Shown here in pieces: positions 29,548-40,092 of a stretch of 64,000 bases of DNA. The stretch's first letter is position 1, and every line of letters begins with the position of its first letter. The stretch is from NCBI GenBank assembly GCA_038883775.1, contig JAVZLM010000005.1:64001-128000 (forward strand), in the 5' to 3' direction. The DNA comes from Candidatus Bathyarchaeia archaeon. Lineage in GTDB: Archaea; Thermoproteota; Bathyarchaeia; Bathyarchaeales; Bathycorpusculaceae. Under the pieces are notes generated by a model. That model was not told the origin of the DNA and made no database searches. It was given only the letters and a program-made list of their open reading frames with translations. A program made the position numbers and the translations under genes.

Positions 29548-30009
29548 ATGGAAAAAACGCCTAATTTATTCAACGCTAATAAATACGCTGTAAGGCGCGT
29601 ATTTATGGTAACCCGTGCAAGAGAATTGGATTTAATTCGTGTTCCTTTTCAGAAAAGGTATAGGAGCCGAATGGAAATTATTGCTTTAATACTGGAAGCT
29701 GCAGGATGCGATGGCGCTGCTCTATATTCTATCATGAAACGTGCCGATATTAATTATGTGCAGCTTAAGAAGTATTTGCCGTCTCTTGCTAAAATTGGTT
29801 TTGTTGAAGCTGAAATTAAAGGGGGCAAACTTTTATTTAGATTAAGTGAGAAGGGAATTGCTTTTCTAAGACAATATAATATTTTACGTGATATGCTGCT
29901 AAACGCTTACCGTAATGAACCAGACGTAAATATTCAAGATAGCAACTTATCAAAAAACCAGCAGCAAGTTATTATGCCTTTTTTAACATGGACCGCAAAG
30001 CGTAAATAG
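29548..30009 (+). CDS. Winged-helix transcriptional regulator
   Basis: RSRMEIIALILE..IMKRADINY..LKKYL..LSEKGIAFL. Confidence 0.82.
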   Translation: MEKTPNLFNANKYAVRRVFMVTRARELDLIRVPFQKRYRSRMEIIALILEAAGCDGAALYSIMKRADINYVQLKKYLPSLAKIGFVEAEIKGGKLLFRLSEKGIAFLRQYNILRDMLLNAYRNEPDVNIQDSNLSKNQQQVIMPFLTWTAKRK

Positions 30010-30144
30010 GGATTTATTGTCAAGGCATAAACTCAACTGATTATCTTAAATGTGCATAGTAGTTTAGTGTAATTTTGGACAAAACTATTATTTATGTCGC
30101 TTCTTTTAAAAGTGCAACCTTATCTATGTTATATGAGAGGGGTT

Positions 30145-31227
30145 ATGTTGCGCAGAGAATTTACTTATGCTAAGGCAGGTGTTAATAGAAGGATAAGATT
30201 CAAGTCCAAGAAGGCTCTGCAGATTTTGAAGGAAACTTATAGGTTTAGTTATTATGGTGAGGTTGTTGAGCTTCCTTTTGGGAACATTTTTCCTATAGGA
30301 AATGGCTGTCTTTTGGATTTGGTTATTGAGGGTGTGGGTACTAAGGTTCTTGTTGCGCAGTTGGCTGAAAAATTTGATACTATAGGGGTTGATGGTGTTG
30401 CAATGGCTGTTAATGATGTTATTAGGTCTGGGGCTAAACCTTTAGCGGTTGCGGATAATATTCATGTTCAAGTTTCTGATCCGAAGCTGATGAGGGATTT
30501 GTTGAAGGGAATAGCAAAAGGGGCTGTTGAGGCTGGATGTGTTGTGCCCAGTGGGGAAATTGGTGATGTTGCTGAGGTAGTGAAGGGGTTGGTGGAGGGC
30601 AAGGGGTTTGACTTGGTTGTAGCAGCTATTGGAATGGTTTCTGATGAAAAAATTATTTATGGAAAAGACGTAAAAGCTGGCAATGTTATTGTCGGTTTGA
30701 GAAGTTCTGGAATTCACAGTAATGGTGTTTCTTTGGCAAGGAAAGTTCTTTTCAAGCGTTGGGGTGGAAAATATGAGCCTTACGACGTTCCAGATGGATT
30801 AGAAAGGGAAGTCGTTTATGAGGTTTTGGAGCCTACTAGGGTGTATGTGAAGCCTTTGCTCGAGGTTGCAGAAGAGATTAGGATTAAGGCTGCAGTGCAC
30901 ATAACTGGCGATGCGTATTTAAAATTTGATAGGTTGACAAGGTTTTCTAAGGGTATAGGTTTTGAATTTGACAGTTTTAAGCCGCAGCCCATTTTTGAGT
31001 TAATTCAGAAAACCGCTTCAGAATTAGGTGGAAAACTAACGGATGAGGAGATGTTTAAGACTTTTAATATGGGATGGGGTTTTGCAGTGATAGTTGACAG
31101 AAAGGACGTAGACAGAGCAGTAGACGCTTTAGAGAGGAATGGGGTTCAGGCTGAACCAATAGGGCATGTAACGGATTACAAAGGAATAAGGATTCTATAT
31201 AAGGATAGGAAAATTATTTTGAAATGA
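30145..31227 (+). CDS. purM: AIR synthetase
   Basis: TYAKAGV, EGVGTK, AVNDV, SSGIHSNG, HITG, TFNMGWG. Confidence 0.94.
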   Translation: MLRREFTYAKAGVNRRIRFKSKKALQILKETYRFSYYGEVVELPFGNIFPIGNGCLLDLVIEGVGTKVLVAQLAEKFDTIGVDGVAMAVNDVIRSGAKPLAVADNIHVQVSDPKLMRDLLKGIAKGAVEAGCVVPSGEIGDVAEVVKGLVEGKGFDLVVAAIGMVSDEKIIYGKDVKAGNVIVGLRSSGIHSNGVSLARKVLFKRWGGKYEPYDVPDGLEREVVYEVLEPTRVYVKPLLEVAEEIRIKAAVHITGDAYLKFDRLTRFSKGIGFEFDSFKPQPIFELIQKTASELGGKLTDEEMFKTFNMGWGFAVIVDRKDVDRAVDALERNGVQAEPIGHVTDYKGIRILYKDRKIILK

Positions 31228-31281
31228 TTTTGCTTCTTGCTGATAAAAGCGTTTAAATCTTTTAAAACTCAAACTTAGCGT

Positions 31282-31533
31282 ATGAAATACCGCTTAAAGA
31301 TTGAAGTAAAATTGAAACCCGGACACAGTGACCCAGAAGGGGAAACCACGGCACATTTGCTGAAGGAGCTTGGTTATAAAGTTGAAACTGTGAATGTTAG
31401 TAAGGTTTACTATGTGATTCTTGAAACTGAATCCAAGGAAGAGGCTAAAGCGAAGGCTGATGAGATGTGTAGGAGGCTTTTGGCTAATCCAACTAAGGAT
31501 GATTATGTGATAGTGGTTGAGGAAGAAAGATGA
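31282..31533 (+). CDS. purS: FGAM synthase subunit PurS
   Basis: DPEGET, LLANP. Confidence 0.95.
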   Translation: MKYRLKIEVKLKPGHSDPEGETTAHLLKELGYKVETVNVSKVYYVILETESKEEAKAKADEMCRRLLANPTKDDYVIVVEEER

Positions 31534-33911
31534 ATGTAAGCCTTTACACTCACAGAAAAACTCCGTTTTCGCATTTTGAAGTGAACGTTCTTGAGGCTTC
31601 TGAACAGCAACTTTTGGAAATAAGCAGCGAACTTGGCATAGGCTTAAGTTTGCAAGAAATGAAGAGTGTTCAAGAGTATTTTAGGCGGAAGGGGCGAAAC
31701 CCCACAGATGTGGAACTTCAAACTATTGGGCAAACGTGGTCTGAGCATTGTTTTCACAAAACTTTCAAGGGTAAAATAAAATTTGATGGGAAAGAGATTG
31801 AAAGCCTTTTCAGAACTTACATAGTAAAGGCAACTAATGAAATTAAGCCAAAATGGTGCTTTTCCATTTTTGAGGATAACGCGGGTATAATCCGTTTTGA
31901 CAAGGGTTATGGAGTGGCTGTTAAGGTTGAAACTCATAATCATCCATCTGCTGTGGAGCCTTTTGGGGGTGCTGCCACTGGAGTTGGTGGAGTGATTCGG
32001 GATGTGTTGGGGGTTTGGGCTGACCCGATAGCGTGTATGGATGTTTTGGGTTTTGGTCCGTTAGATTTTGATTATGAAAGGCTTCCGCCCGGCGTTAAAC
32101 ATCCAAAGTATGTTTTCATGGGGGTTGTTGCTGGCATAGGAAGTTATGGCAATAATATGGGTATTCCAACTGTTAACGGCGCCATATACTTTGATGAAAA
32201 CTATGTGGGGAATGTGGTTGTTTATTGTGGATGTGTTGGATTGCTTCCATTGAAAAAGTTTAGGAGAAACGCTAAGCCAAATGACGTTATAGTTTTGGCT
32301 GGAGGGAGAACCGGTCGGGATGGCATTCACGGCGTAACCTTTGCATCAGCCGTATTAACAGAAAAGTCAGAAGAGGTTTCGAGACCAGCAGTTCAAATTG
32401 CAAATCCTATTGAAGAGGAAAAGCTGAAAAGGGCTATCATTAGAGTTCGAGATTTGGAGTTGGCTTCAGCAATAACGGATTTGGGTGGAGGAGGCTTATC
32501 ATCGGCTGTTGGCGAAACAGCAAAGCGGTTTGGTTGCGGCGCTTTTGTTGAGTTGGATAAAGTTCCATTAAAGTATTCTGGTTTGGCGCCTTGGGAAATT
32601 TACGTTTCCGAATCCCAAGAGAGGATGCTTTTGGCTGTGCCTCCTGAAAATTTGGAGAAAGTTTTGGAAGTTTTTAAGGGCGAGGATGTGGAGGCTAATG
32701 CTATTGGAAAATATACGGCGGATGAAGTTTTAAGAATTTATTATGAAGGCGAAAAAGTTGCTGAAATAGATATTTCATTCCTTTTCGAACCACCCAGGGT
32801 CATAAGAACCGCCCATTATAAGCCAAAAATTTTTGAGGAACCATCCTTTCAAGAACCAGGAAACTTGACTGAAACGCTTATGCAACTTTTGTCATCGCCC
32901 AACATTGCAAGTAAGGAAAGCGTAATACGCACTTATGACCATGAGGTGAAAGGAAACACTTTGCTTAAGCCCTTGCATGGCGAGTTTGCTGGACCTAACG
33001 ATGCTGCTGTTCTTAAGCCATTGGAGGATTCGTGGAAAGGCTTAGCCATCTCATGTGGGATGAATCCAAATTATGGGAGGATTGATGTTTATTGGATGGC
33101 TGCCTCAGCCATAGACGAGGCTATAAGGAACAATGTGGCTGTTGGCGGCAGAAGAATTGCCTTGCTTGACAATTTCACTTGGGGCGACCCTGAAAAGCCA
33201 GAAATTCTTGGCAGTCTTGTCAGGGCTTGTGAGGCGTGTTATGATTTTGCAACTGCCTTTAAGGCGCCGTTCATTTCTGGAAAGGACAGCCTCTATAATG
33301 AGTCGCCGCTTGGAACGGTTACGCCAACGCTTTTAATAACGGCTTTAGGCATCGTTCCCGATGTTCGTTTGGTTGTTTCTATAGATGTTAAGGATGCTGG
33401 CGACTTAATCTACATTGTTGGGCAAACCTATAAAGAGTTGGGCGGTTCGGAATATTATAGGCTTAAGGGTTTTGTTGGAAATACTGTGCCAAAAGTGCGG
33501 GCAAAACAAGCCAAGAAAACTTTTAGGGCAATTACTAAAGCTGTGGATTTGGGTTTAGTTAAGGCTTGCCATGATTTATCAGAAGGCGGTTTAGGCGTGG
33601 CGGCGGCGGAAATGGCTTTTGCTGGTGGATATGGAATGGAATTACATTTGCAGAAGGTTCCAAGAGAAAATTTGAATCGTGATGATTTCATTTTGTTTTC
33701 TGAGTCTAACAGCCGCTTTTTGGTGGAAGTTTCGCAAAAGGCTAAGGAAGAGTTTGAAGCATTGCTTAGAGGCGTAGTGTATGCTGAAATAGGAAAGGTC
33801 ACAAAAGTTCCAAGGTTATGCGTTTACGGACTAAGCGATAAAGTTGTTGTGGAGGCTTCGTTGAATGATTTGTTGGCAAGTTGGAAAAGAACTCTAAGTA
33901 GCTGGGTTTAG
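31530..33911 (+). CDS. purL: FGAM synthase subunit PurL
   Basis: WSEHCFHK, KVETHNHPS, GRDGIHG, DLGGGG, SESQERM, HDLSEGG. Confidence 0.97.
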   Translation: MNVSLYTHRKTPFSHFEVNVLEASEQQLLEISSELGIGLSLQEMKSVQEYFRRKGRNPTDVELQTIGQTWSEHCFHKTFKGKIKFDGKEIESLFRTYIVKATNEIKPKWCFSIFEDNAGIIRFDKGYGVAVKVETHNHPSAVEPFGGAATGVGGVIRDVLGVWADPIACMDVLGFGPLDFDYERLPPGVKHPKYVFMGVVAGIGSYGNNMGIPTVNGAIYFDENYVGNVVVYCGCVGLLPLKKFRRNAKPNDVIVLAGGRTGRDGIHGVTFASAVLTEKSEEVSRPAVQIANPIEEEKLKRAIIRVRDLELASAITDLGGGGLSSAVGETAKRFGCGAFVELDKVPLKYSGLAPWEIYVSESQERMLLAVPPENLEKVLEVFKGEDVEANAIGKYTADEVLRIYYEGEKVAEIDISFLFEPPRVIRTAHYKPKIFEEPSFQEPGNLTETLMQLLSSPNIASKESVIRTYDHEVKGNTLLKPLHGEFAGPNDAAVLKPLEDSWKGLAISCGMNPNYGRIDVYWMAASAIDEAIRNNVAVGGRRIALLDNFTWGDPEKPEILGSLVRACEACYDFATAFKAPFISGKDSLYNESPLGTVTPTLLITALGIVPDVRLVVSIDVKDAGDLIYIVGQTYKELGGSEYYRLKGFVGNTVPKVRAKQAKKTFRAITKAVDLGLVKACHDLSEGGLGVAAAEMAFAGGYGMELHLQKVPRENLNRDDFILFSESNSRFLVEVSQKAKEEFEALLRGVVYAEIGKVTKVPRLCVYGLSDKVVVEASLNDLLASWKRTLSSWV

Positions 33912-33913
33912 AC

Positions 33914-34732
33914 ATGAAGCGGGAAGAGATTAAAGTCTGCGTTTTAAGGGTAGGCGGAACAAACTGCGATGCAGAAACAAAACGGGCTTTTGAAGAGTTA
34001 GGCGTTCAAGCAGAGGTCGTACATGCAAATGAGCTGGTTAAACGCAGAAACCTTTTGGAATATCATGTTCTGGTTTTTCCAGGGGGTTTCTCTTATGGGG
34101 ATTATGTGCGGGCTGGCGCCATATGGGCGAAGTGGATAATGGCAAAATTGGGCAAGGAGCTTAAAGCCTTCGTAGACGAAAACCGCTTAATCCTTGGTAT
34201 TTGTAATGGCTTTCAAGTGCTTGTTGAGGCTGGTTTTCTTCCGGGATTTGATGGAATAAGCCCATATCCAGAAGCGGTTTTGGCAACCAATTTTCCACCA
34301 GGATATAATTGCCGTTGGATTTACATTAAGCACGAAAATAAGGGAAAATGTGCATTTACTTGGAACATTCCACATGAAAAAGTTTTGCGGATTCCCGTTG
34401 CCCATTCAGAGGGCAGATTTATGTTTGCAAAAGAAAAGGAAAAAGAGTTTCTGGAAAGACTTTACGAAAATGACCAGCTGGTCTTTCGCTATTGTGATAA
34501 AAGTGGCGAATATGCTGATGGACGTTTTCCAACAAACCCAAACGGTTCTTTCCATGATATAGCTGGATTATGCAACCTAGAAGGGACTATTTTTGGTTTG
34601 ATGCCGCATCCAGAAAGAGCCTTTTATTGGTGGCAACAGCCAGACTGGACAAGACAAAAGCAAATGCCCCAATACGGCGATGGAAAACTAATTTTCGAAA
34701 GCTTAATTGAATATTTAACGAAGAAGTTTTAA
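33914..34732 (+). CDS. purQ: FGAM synthase glutaminase subunit PurQ
   Basis: GTNCD, PGGFSYGD, GICNGFQ, MPHPER. Confidence 0.97.
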   Translation: MKREEIKVCVLRVGGTNCDAETKRAFEELGVQAEVVHANELVKRRNLLEYHVLVFPGGFSYGDYVRAGAIWAKWIMAKLGKELKAFVDENRLILGICNGFQVLVEAGFLPGFDGISPYPEAVLATNFPPGYNCRWIYIKHENKGKCAFTWNIPHEKVLRIPVAHSEGRFMFAKEKEKEFLERLYENDQLVFRYCDKSGEYADGRFPTNPNGSFHDIAGLCNLEGTIFGLMPHPERAFYWWQQPDWTRQKQMPQYGDGKLIFESLIEYLTKKF

Positions 34733-35629
34733 ATCCTCCACATGCGGAAGCCCTGTTCTGGCACCCATTTTCATTATACACTTTGAAGCTACAAAATTGC
34801 CAAGTCTTCCGCATTCATACAAACTTTTACCATTAATAAGACCATATAGGAAACCTGCACAGAAAGCATCACCAGCGCCCGTTGTATCTACAACTTTTAC
34901 GTTAAAGCGGTTTATTTGGTGACTTTCCCGTCCATCAGTAACATAACAGCCCTTATTGCCAAGTTTTACGGCAACTATTTTAACGCCTTTTTCAAGCAGA
35001 AACTTTGCGCCTTTCTTGTAATCTTTAACTTTGGTTAGGAGTTCAAGTTCCCTTTGATTTGGCATCAAAACAAAAGCACGCCTTATTATGGGCTCTAATG
35101 CAGCTAATCCTTTTCTGGCGTATAATTCGCCTGGGTCAAGGCTAACCTTAACATTTTCTGGCAACATCTCAACAAGCCTTAGCTGGGTTTGGAAGGATTT
35201 TTCTCCAACAAAAGAGGTTAAATGCAAAAATTGCGCGTTGAAGGCGTAATCCTTGTTTATTTCGTTAAACTCTATTGCGTCGTTCACACCTGGGTCCACA
35301 TATAATGCTCTTTCGCCATTTTGGTCTACGAAACCCATAACTGTCCCGCTTCTGCCATCTTTTGCGTAGATTATGCCCTTTGTGTCGACGCCTTCCCTTC
35401 GAAAATCTTCAATTAGCATTTTTCCTTCCCTATCGTTGGCTACCTTTCCTATAAAACCCACTTTGCAGCCGAGCCTTGCCAAGCCCACAGTGGTGTTTGC
35501 TGCCGAGCCTCCGCACCATTCTTCACAGTTTATAATGAAGCCTTCTTCTTCAGCCCCAGCTATTTTGTTCACTCTGAACAGCTTATCTACATTCAAGGCA
35601 CCGAATCCTACTACGTCAAAGGTGCTCAT
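34715..35629 (-). CDS. PfkB-family carbohydrate/nucleoside kinase
   Basis: [26 protein letters not shown]. Confidence 0.93.
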   Translation of the reverse strand: MSTFDVVGFGALNVDKLFRVNKIAGAEEEGFIINCEEWCGGSAANTTVGLARLGCKVGFIGKVANDREGKMLIEDFRREGVDTKGIIYAKDGRSGTVMGFVDQNGERALYVDPGVNDAIEFNEINKDYAFNAQFLHLTSFVGEKSFQTQLRLVEMLPENVKVSLDPGELYARKGLAALEPIIRRAFVLMPNQRELELLTKVKDYKKGAKFLLEKGVKIVAVKLGNKGCYVTDGRESHQINRFNVKVVDTTGAGDAFCAGFLYGLINGKSLYECGRLGNFVASKCIMKMGARTGLPHVEDLKLLR

Positions 35630-36537
35630 GAAAACAGCTCACGCAAATAAATCTTATAATCGCCAAGTTTTCCGTCATAATTTCCAGCGGAAACCTTCAC
35701 CACGCCATCCACTTCTAATACTGCTTCTATGCCAGCCCGCATAGCCCTTTTTATAGCTTCAAGCGAAACGCCATTAATCACGATTTCTGGAATATAATTG
35801 ACGCCTTCTGGAACCTTTGATTCCTTGTCTAACTTCTTTTTTAGGGATGGGCAGTAGGGATGGTTTGTTGTCGGTCCAATCCATGGAAAACTTGTTTCAG
35901 GCTTGGAACCAGCACTGCAAACGTCAAAAGGCGTTATTACACCATCAATTTTGTGTATTGCCTCTAAGGCTTTTTCTCCAGCCTTTTTTAGGGCTTCTTT
36001 TGTTTTGCACATGACCCAAAAGTTTGCACCCATAACGCCACGAGCATAGCCTAGATAGCGTTCGATAATGAAGTCTGGAACCATTATGGGAACAACGATA
36101 ACCTCACGCCCAAAGCGTTTTTCAACCCACTCATAGCCATCTCCACAGTGTCCAACACGCTCCATCATGTCAATTTTACCCTCAGCATTTGACGTTGCAT
36201 CAAAAACCGCCGTAAAAGGCTTAACAAGAATGTCTTGACGAATTCGATAAGAAAGCTCAACTTCAAACTTCTTTAGGGAATCTGAAAAGGGCTTTTTAGG
36301 GTCTATTCCACCCCAAAACTGGAGCAAAGCACCTTCACGCTTGTCTGGAGTTTCCCTTTCGCTTAACCATTTTTCTATTCCACCTTCAACTCTACCAATG
36401 ACTATGGACGGCGTTGCCGTGGCATCTTCAGCAGCCCTTCGCAATGTTTCTCCATCATCAGCCGTAACAATTATTCTGGAGAAGATTCCCTCGAAAGCCT
36501 CGGCGTAAGTGTCTTCTACAAGTTCTTTACCAATCAA
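35626..36537 (-). CDS. ftr: Formylmethanofuran--H4MPT formyltransferase (Ftr) family protein
   Basis: [32 protein letters not shown]; divergent from canonical Ftr and located in a purine operon. Confidence 0.88.
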   Translation of the reverse strand: MIGKELVEDTYAEAFEGIFSRIIVTADDGETLRRAAEDATATPSIVIGRVEGGIEKWLSERETPDKREGALLQFWGGIDPKKPFSDSLKKFEVELSYRIRQDILVKPFTAVFDATSNAEGKIDMMERVGHCGDGYEWVEKRFGREVIVVPIMVPDFIIERYLGYARGVMGANFWVMCKTKEALKKAGEKALEAIHKIDGVITPFDVCSAGSKPETSFPWIGPTTNHPYCPSLKKKLDKESKVPEGVNYIPEIVINGVSLEAIKRAMRAGIEAVLEVDGVVKVSAGNYDGKLGDYKIYLRELFS

Positions 36538-36569
36538 CTTTTAATCTCCTAAAGCGGTCGTCTAGCGGA

Positions 36570-37547
36570 TTATTTTATTTTGGCGATTTCAGTTATTAAA
36601 TCTTCAACTCTAATATACGCCAAAGATAACTGGAAACGGGCTTGTACCAGAGGCGTTTGATAAATATGATAAAGTGTGTTGTTAACGATTAGGTTTGTGG
36701 AGCCTGATGGCAGTTCGCTGTAGTTTTCGTCTTGGAAAAAGTTCTTTTTTGCAATATCCCAGTATTTGAGGTCGCCTGAAGAGTATAGGTCATAGCCTGT
36801 TCCATTCCATATTCCTAGCATCATGTACCATTTTGAATCCAAATAGAACAGTGTTGGGTTTTCAAGGATTCCAGTAACAGCTATTTTTGTGTAATTCCAT
36901 TGCATTCCAAGGCTTTTGGCAGTTGCCAAGTGCACTCCATATTTTGCGGCTGATATCAGCATGTAATAGGTGTCTTCCAATTTCAGTATGTAAGGGTCCC
37001 AGCCTAGATTCGGTGCGAGGGGTTCTGGCATATCTTCCACTGTTAAATAGCCATGGTCAGTGAAAGTTGAGGGGTTTTTAATGTCTATTCCAACAGCTAA
37101 TCCAAGTCTTGAAAAGTTAATGTCTTTTTCAACGATGTTTTTCCAGTCGCTATAGTAAAGGTAGAATTTTCCATCGTCTGGGTTGTATATGCAGTAAGGC
37201 GCTATTTTCCCATCCATTTGTATGGGCGTGAAGCCAACAAAATTGTAGGTATGCAAATCCCTGGTCCTTATGACGCCGGTAAGCCATCTGCCGTCTGTTT
37301 TATTAACTGACAATACAATGTAATAGAAGCCTTCGTTATCTCTGAAAGCTGTGTGGTTTGGGTACCGCACAAACTCTGGGTCTTTCACGCTGTGCATGTT
37401 CGGTATGTTTATGGTTATGGCGCCACAGTAAACCCACTTTGTTGGCTGTTTTCTAATTATTAGGTAAAATGCTGTGAGAGTCGCTGCGAGAGCAATGATT
37501 ATGATGGCTGCCACAATAATCCATTCACGTTTACCCGACGAGACCAA
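36570..37547 (-). CDS. Membrane-anchored beta-propeller glycoside hydrolase-like protein (GH43/32-like clan)
   Basis: N-terminal TM; blade motifs KDPEF, IAPYC, WDPYI, ENPTL. Confidence 0.6.
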   Translation of the reverse strand: MVSSGKREWIIVAAIIIIALAATLTAFYLIIRKQPTKWVYCGAITINIPNMHSVKDPEFVRYPNHTAFRDNEGFYYIVLSVNKTDGRWLTGVIRTRDLHTYNFVGFTPIQMDGKIAPYCIYNPDDGKFYLYYSDWKNIVEKDINFSRLGLAVGIDIKNPSTFTDHGYLTVEDMPEPLAPNLGWDPYILKLEDTYYMLISAAKYGVHLATAKSLGMQWNYTKIAVTGILENPTLFYLDSKWYMMLGIWNGTGYDLYSSGDLKYWDIAKKNFFQDENYSELPSGSTNLIVNNTLYHIYQTPLVQARFQLSLAYIRVEDLITEIAKIK

Positions 37548-37550
37548 CTT

Positions 37551-38633
37551 TTATCCAAGCCTTCCTATGGCCTCGCCTCTTACCGTTTTACGAAAGGTTG
37601 TGCTTTCCCTTATCAGCCTTTCCATATTATCAGCTTTCACAATCTCAACTGAGGGCAATTTGCCACCATGCATGTTGAAAAACATGGTTTTGAGTTTGGC
37701 GTTTACATCGGCGCTTCCAAGCGTGGAAGTACTCCAATTTTCCACAAGCTCAATAACTCCTCTTTTGCCGTATTTGCAGAAAACCTCCGCCAGCACCGCA
37801 GTTACAAGTGCATTGGCAGATATGACGGCTATTTCCGCCTCTTTTACAGCATATTCGTTGCCGTTGAAGGATATGGTTAAGCCCCCAGCATGGCGAACTG
37901 TTTTGAAGGCTTCCATGTCCGTTATGCTGTCGCCAACATAAATAACATCCGCCAGTTCTGCACTAACTTTTTTAGCTGCATCTTTTACTGCTTCGGCTTT
38001 TTCGCTTCCTCCAACTGGATTGACTTCAGAGAAAATTTTGCCAATCTCCATTTTAGCGATAACTTCCCAGAAAATTTCGTCTAGCCGACCAATTAGTTCT
38101 TGGTCTCTTTTAGAAAAGTCGCTTAGAGCTTTTGCATCGGGAGGAATCTCGATTAAAGGCATCTTAACAATTTCCTCTGCCAATTCTTTCAGTTCGCTTC
38201 TTTCCTTCTCCGTTATGGAGTATTTGTCGAGGCATAGCCTTGTGGAGTAGGTGTTTTCGTATGGAAAATTCAGGGCTTGACATAAGGCTTCTATGTAATG
38301 CTGATAGCTCGTGCTAACAATAAAGGCATTGGTTATATTTCTTATATAAGACAGCATGTCCTTCACATTGGCAATTAAAAGTAGGCTCTTGGCAGAAAAA
38401 GTTCGCATTTTAGCGTCGGTAACATCATAAGCCTTTAAGAAGGGCAAAATAAGCTTTAAGGTGTCTCCAGCCTTATAGTTTGGTCTTTTTAGGATTTCTG
38501 CCAAAACATCATCATATTTGCTTATAACCGTGAAGAGTTTGCCTCCGTTTGGAACATAGTGAAATGTTATTTCGAAGGCATTATCATTTTTTGAGATTGG
38601 CCCTTCACAGTCTGATATGAAAACTCTTTTCAC
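37551..38633 (-). CDS. HAD-superfamily hydrolase (EhaR/COG4030-like)
   Basis: DCEGPISKNDNAFE, IVSTSY, K, YVGDSITD, FNGN. Confidence 0.85.
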   Translation of the reverse strand: MKRVFISDCEGPISKNDNAFEITFHYVPNGGKLFTVISKYDDVLAEILKRPNYKAGDTLKLILPFLKAYDVTDAKMRTFSAKSLLLIANVKDMLSYIRNITNAFIVSTSYQHYIEALCQALNFPYENTYSTRLCLDKYSITEKERSELKELAEEIVKMPLIEIPPDAKALSDFSKRDQELIGRLDEIFWEVIAKMEIGKIFSEVNPVGGSEKAEAVKDAAKKVSAELADVIYVGDSITDMEAFKTVRHAGGLTISFNGNEYAVKEAEIAVISANALVTAVLAEVFCKYGKRGVIELVENWSTSTLGSADVNAKLKTMFFNMHGGKLPSVEIVKADNMERLIRESTTFRKTVRGEAIGRLG

Positions 38634-40036
38634 TTTCGAAGCCTCAACTTCTCCATATGCCTAACGCTTTTTCCTATATGCTTTTTAGAGGCTATGTCTT
38701 TTCTATGCCACAAAGCTCCGCCTTTAATGGCTTTTATGCCTTCCAAAGAAATTTTTCTAGCAGTTTCTATGTCGTCGCCTATGCCCACAACGCCCACGGC
38801 TCTTGATTTAAGGGCGTAAGTTTCGTTGTTGCGGAATTCCATGGAGGCGGGATAGATGCGGATTTTTTCGCCATGCTTTTTGGATAGTTCGTAAGCCTTT
38901 GTTAGGTCGACTGGTGTGCCAATTTCATTTTTGTCGACAAGTTTTGGAAAAGCGTCTATGTATCCGCCGTAGTTTGGCGGAACCTTGTAGGTGACAACAG
39001 TTGCAGCATTTTCTAATTCAATCTTTGTCAAATTTCCTTCCAAAATTTTGAAGCACACGTCCACAAAATCATCTTTTAAAACCGGTAGAATGTTGATTAT
39101 TTCTGGGTCGCCTGGTCTGCTGTTGTTTTCAAGAATTTTCGGTTCCTTGCCCGTGTGCATAAAAGCCACATAGAACGGAATACCTCTTAGGCTGTCGCCA
39201 TCTTTAACCTCCCACTTTTCAAAAATTCGCCTAACAATTTCAACTTCCTTAGCCCTATCAGCATGAGTCATAAAAGGCAAAACATCGCCAACATCCTTAT
39301 AAGAACCCATACCGCCAGTGTTAGGACCCTTGTCATCGTCGAAGGCTCGCTTATAATCCCTCGTTTCTGGCAACGGCACCAAGTGTTTGCCGTCACAGAA
39401 GGCTTGAAAACTTGATTCTTCTCCCTCAATTTTCTCTTCAATTATTACTGCACCATGCTGAAAATTTGCCATAAAATGCTCAAACAATTGTTCTCGCGTG
39501 GTAAAGTGGTCTCCCCATACGCCCACGCCTTTTCCAGCTGCTGGTTGGTCTGGTTTAACCACAGCCCTATTTTCAAGCTCGTCCAACCATTCGTAAACAG
39601 CTTTTTTCACTTCTCGGGTTTTGTAATTTTTTGGGTTGAAAATTTTGAAGCGAGGGTTTACTTCTGGCGCAATTTTTTGGAATAGTAGGCGCTGCTGCAC
39701 TTTGCTTGCTTCTATGGCATATTCCTTTTTTGGGCAGATGATGGGTATGCCAGTGTGCTTTTCTACAAGGTCGCGGACGCCATCAATTATGGGTTTTTCT
39801 GGTCCAACAATGCCAAAGTCAATTTCGTCCCTATTGTTTTCTGCGAATTTGCAAATTTCCTCCACGTTTAAGTCTGGAATAACCATGTGCTTTGCTGCCT
39901 TTTTGACGTTAAAGGGATTGCGTTGTTTATCAACAACAAAAACCTTCACCTCATAATTTGTGCTTCGTGTGAAAGCGTCTATCATGGCAGATTCTCTTGC
40001 ACCGTAAGAAACAACGAGGATGCCAACTTTCTCCAT
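38630..40036 (-). CDS. purD: Phosphoribosylamine--glycine ligase
   Basis: GARE, VGPE, AAGKGV, DYKRA.DDD.GPNTGGMGSY, RPGDPE. Confidence 0.95.
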   Translation of the reverse strand: MEKVGILVVSYGARESAMIDAFTRSTNYEVKVFVVDKQRNPFNVKKAAKHMVIPDLNVEEICKFAENNRDEIDFGIVGPEKPIIDGVRDLVEKHTGIPIICPKKEYAIEASKVQQRLLFQKIAPEVNPRFKIFNPKNYKTREVKKAVYEWLDELENRAVVKPDQPAAGKGVGVWGDHFTTREQLFEHFMANFQHGAVIIEEKIEGEESSFQAFCDGKHLVPLPETRDYKRAFDDDKGPNTGGMGSYKDVGDVLPFMTHADRAKEVEIVRRIFEKWEVKDGDSLRGIPFYVAFMHTGKEPKILENNSRPGDPEIINILPVLKDDFVDVCFKILEGNLTKIELENAATVVTYKVPPNYGGYIDAFPKLVDKNEIGTPVDLTKAYELSKKHGEKIRIYPASMEFRNNETYALKSRAVGVVGIGDDIETARKISLEGIKAIKGGALWHRKDIASKKHIGKSVRHMEKLRLRK

Positions 40037-40092
40037 TTCATGCTCCCGCTAGTTTAACGAAAATGAGTTTGAAGCCTATTTTATTTTTGGCT

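Noticed and set aside
26806-30009. Integrative element at tRNA-Gly
   Set aside because: The tRNA 3' end faces EF-2, and no duplicated tRNA fragment or integrase was seen
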